DNA of 32,000 bases from an archaeon (GTDB lineage Archaea > Iainarchaeota > Iainarchaeia > Iainarchaeales > 1-14-0-10-31-34). The stretch spans positions 30,001-62,000 of the forward strand of contig JAJRVL010000002.1 of NCBI GenBank assembly GCA_024277355.1. Reading direction: 5' to 3'. The first letter of the stretch is position 1. Every line of letters starts with the position of its first letter. Shown in pieces: positions 31,864 through 32,000 of the stretch. The position numbers were made by a program, and so were the translations under genes. Below the pieces are notes generated by a model, which worked only from the letters and a program-made list of their open reading frames with translations, had not been told where the DNA came from and did no database searches.

Positions 31864-32000
31864 TTATTTGATTATTCTTTCTGTAATAAACTGAGGAGTA
31901 AATTCAATTAAATCTTTATATCCTTGGCCTGTTCCAACAAATAAAACTGGTTTTTTTATTCCATTAATTAAAGAAATAGCAGTTCCGCCTTTTGCGTCAG
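31864..32000 (-). CDS. ftsY: SRP receptor FtsY, C-terminal end (5' part outside window)
   Basis: The minus-strand translation ..DAKGGTAISLINGIKKPVLFVGTGQGYKDLIEFTPQFITERIIK with a TAA stop matches the G4/G5 region and C-terminus of FtsY. Confidence 0.8.
   Translation of the reverse strand, partial: DAKGGTAISLINGIKKPVLFVGTGQGYKDLIEFTPQFITERIIK

Noticed and set aside
1-32000. Search for tRNA, rRNA, other structured RNA genes, CRISPR arrays, transposases and integrases
   Set aside because: There are no cloverleaf-sized GC-rich islands, no regularly spaced direct repeats, and no ORF with recombinase or transposase motifs. The only GC-rich patches are short hairpins. The metal/redox block is therefore not called a mobile element, despite its accessory character.

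Overview
This is a strongly AT-rich, tightly packed window that reads as an archaeal chromosome segment. It carries A-type ATPase subunits A (partial), B and D, RadA, an RPA-like ssDNA-binding protein, GGGP synthase (an ether-lipid marker), SRP54 and FtsY, a preflagellin/prepilin peptidase, RtcA and a few metabolic genes. Compact genes, Lys-rich tails on core proteins and GGAGG-type ribosome-binding sites suggest a small-genome, DPANN-like archaeon; this is inference only. The central ~17 kb (about 6.4-23.8 kb) is not housekeeping. It is a dense block of secreted or membrane proteins with Cys, His or Met motifs, plus regulators, arranged in long minus-strand operons. Its contents are: two DsbA-like oxidoreductases; CopA with YHS and HMA domains; DUF302; a PadR::TRASH regulator; three paralogous 4-TM proteins with an intramembrane Cys pair; a CuA-motif cupredoxin; a NicO-like transporter; a rhodanese; an unannotated 48-aa TRASH mini-protein; a CopG(DUF411)-like::CcdA fusion; three DUF1573-like proteins; a Met/His-rich protein; a BlaI/CopY-BlaR1-like pair; two secreted proteins ending in the identical heptapeptide PDMVGGC; and a 3x thioredoxin-like repeat protein. 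I read this block as a largely uncharacterised envelope copper-handling and thiol-redox relay system. Part of it appears to be controlled by a BlaI/BlaR1-like proteolytic switch, because a 21-bp TACA/TGTA box occurs twice at matching promoter positions. Separately, three otherwise intact genes (NicO-like, 3xTrx, RtcA) each carry a single in-frame stop codon. The copA YHS motif also extends upstream of any canonical start codon. No rRNA, tRNA, CRISPR array, transposase or integrase was recognised. All family assignments come from motif recognition by eye, not database searches.
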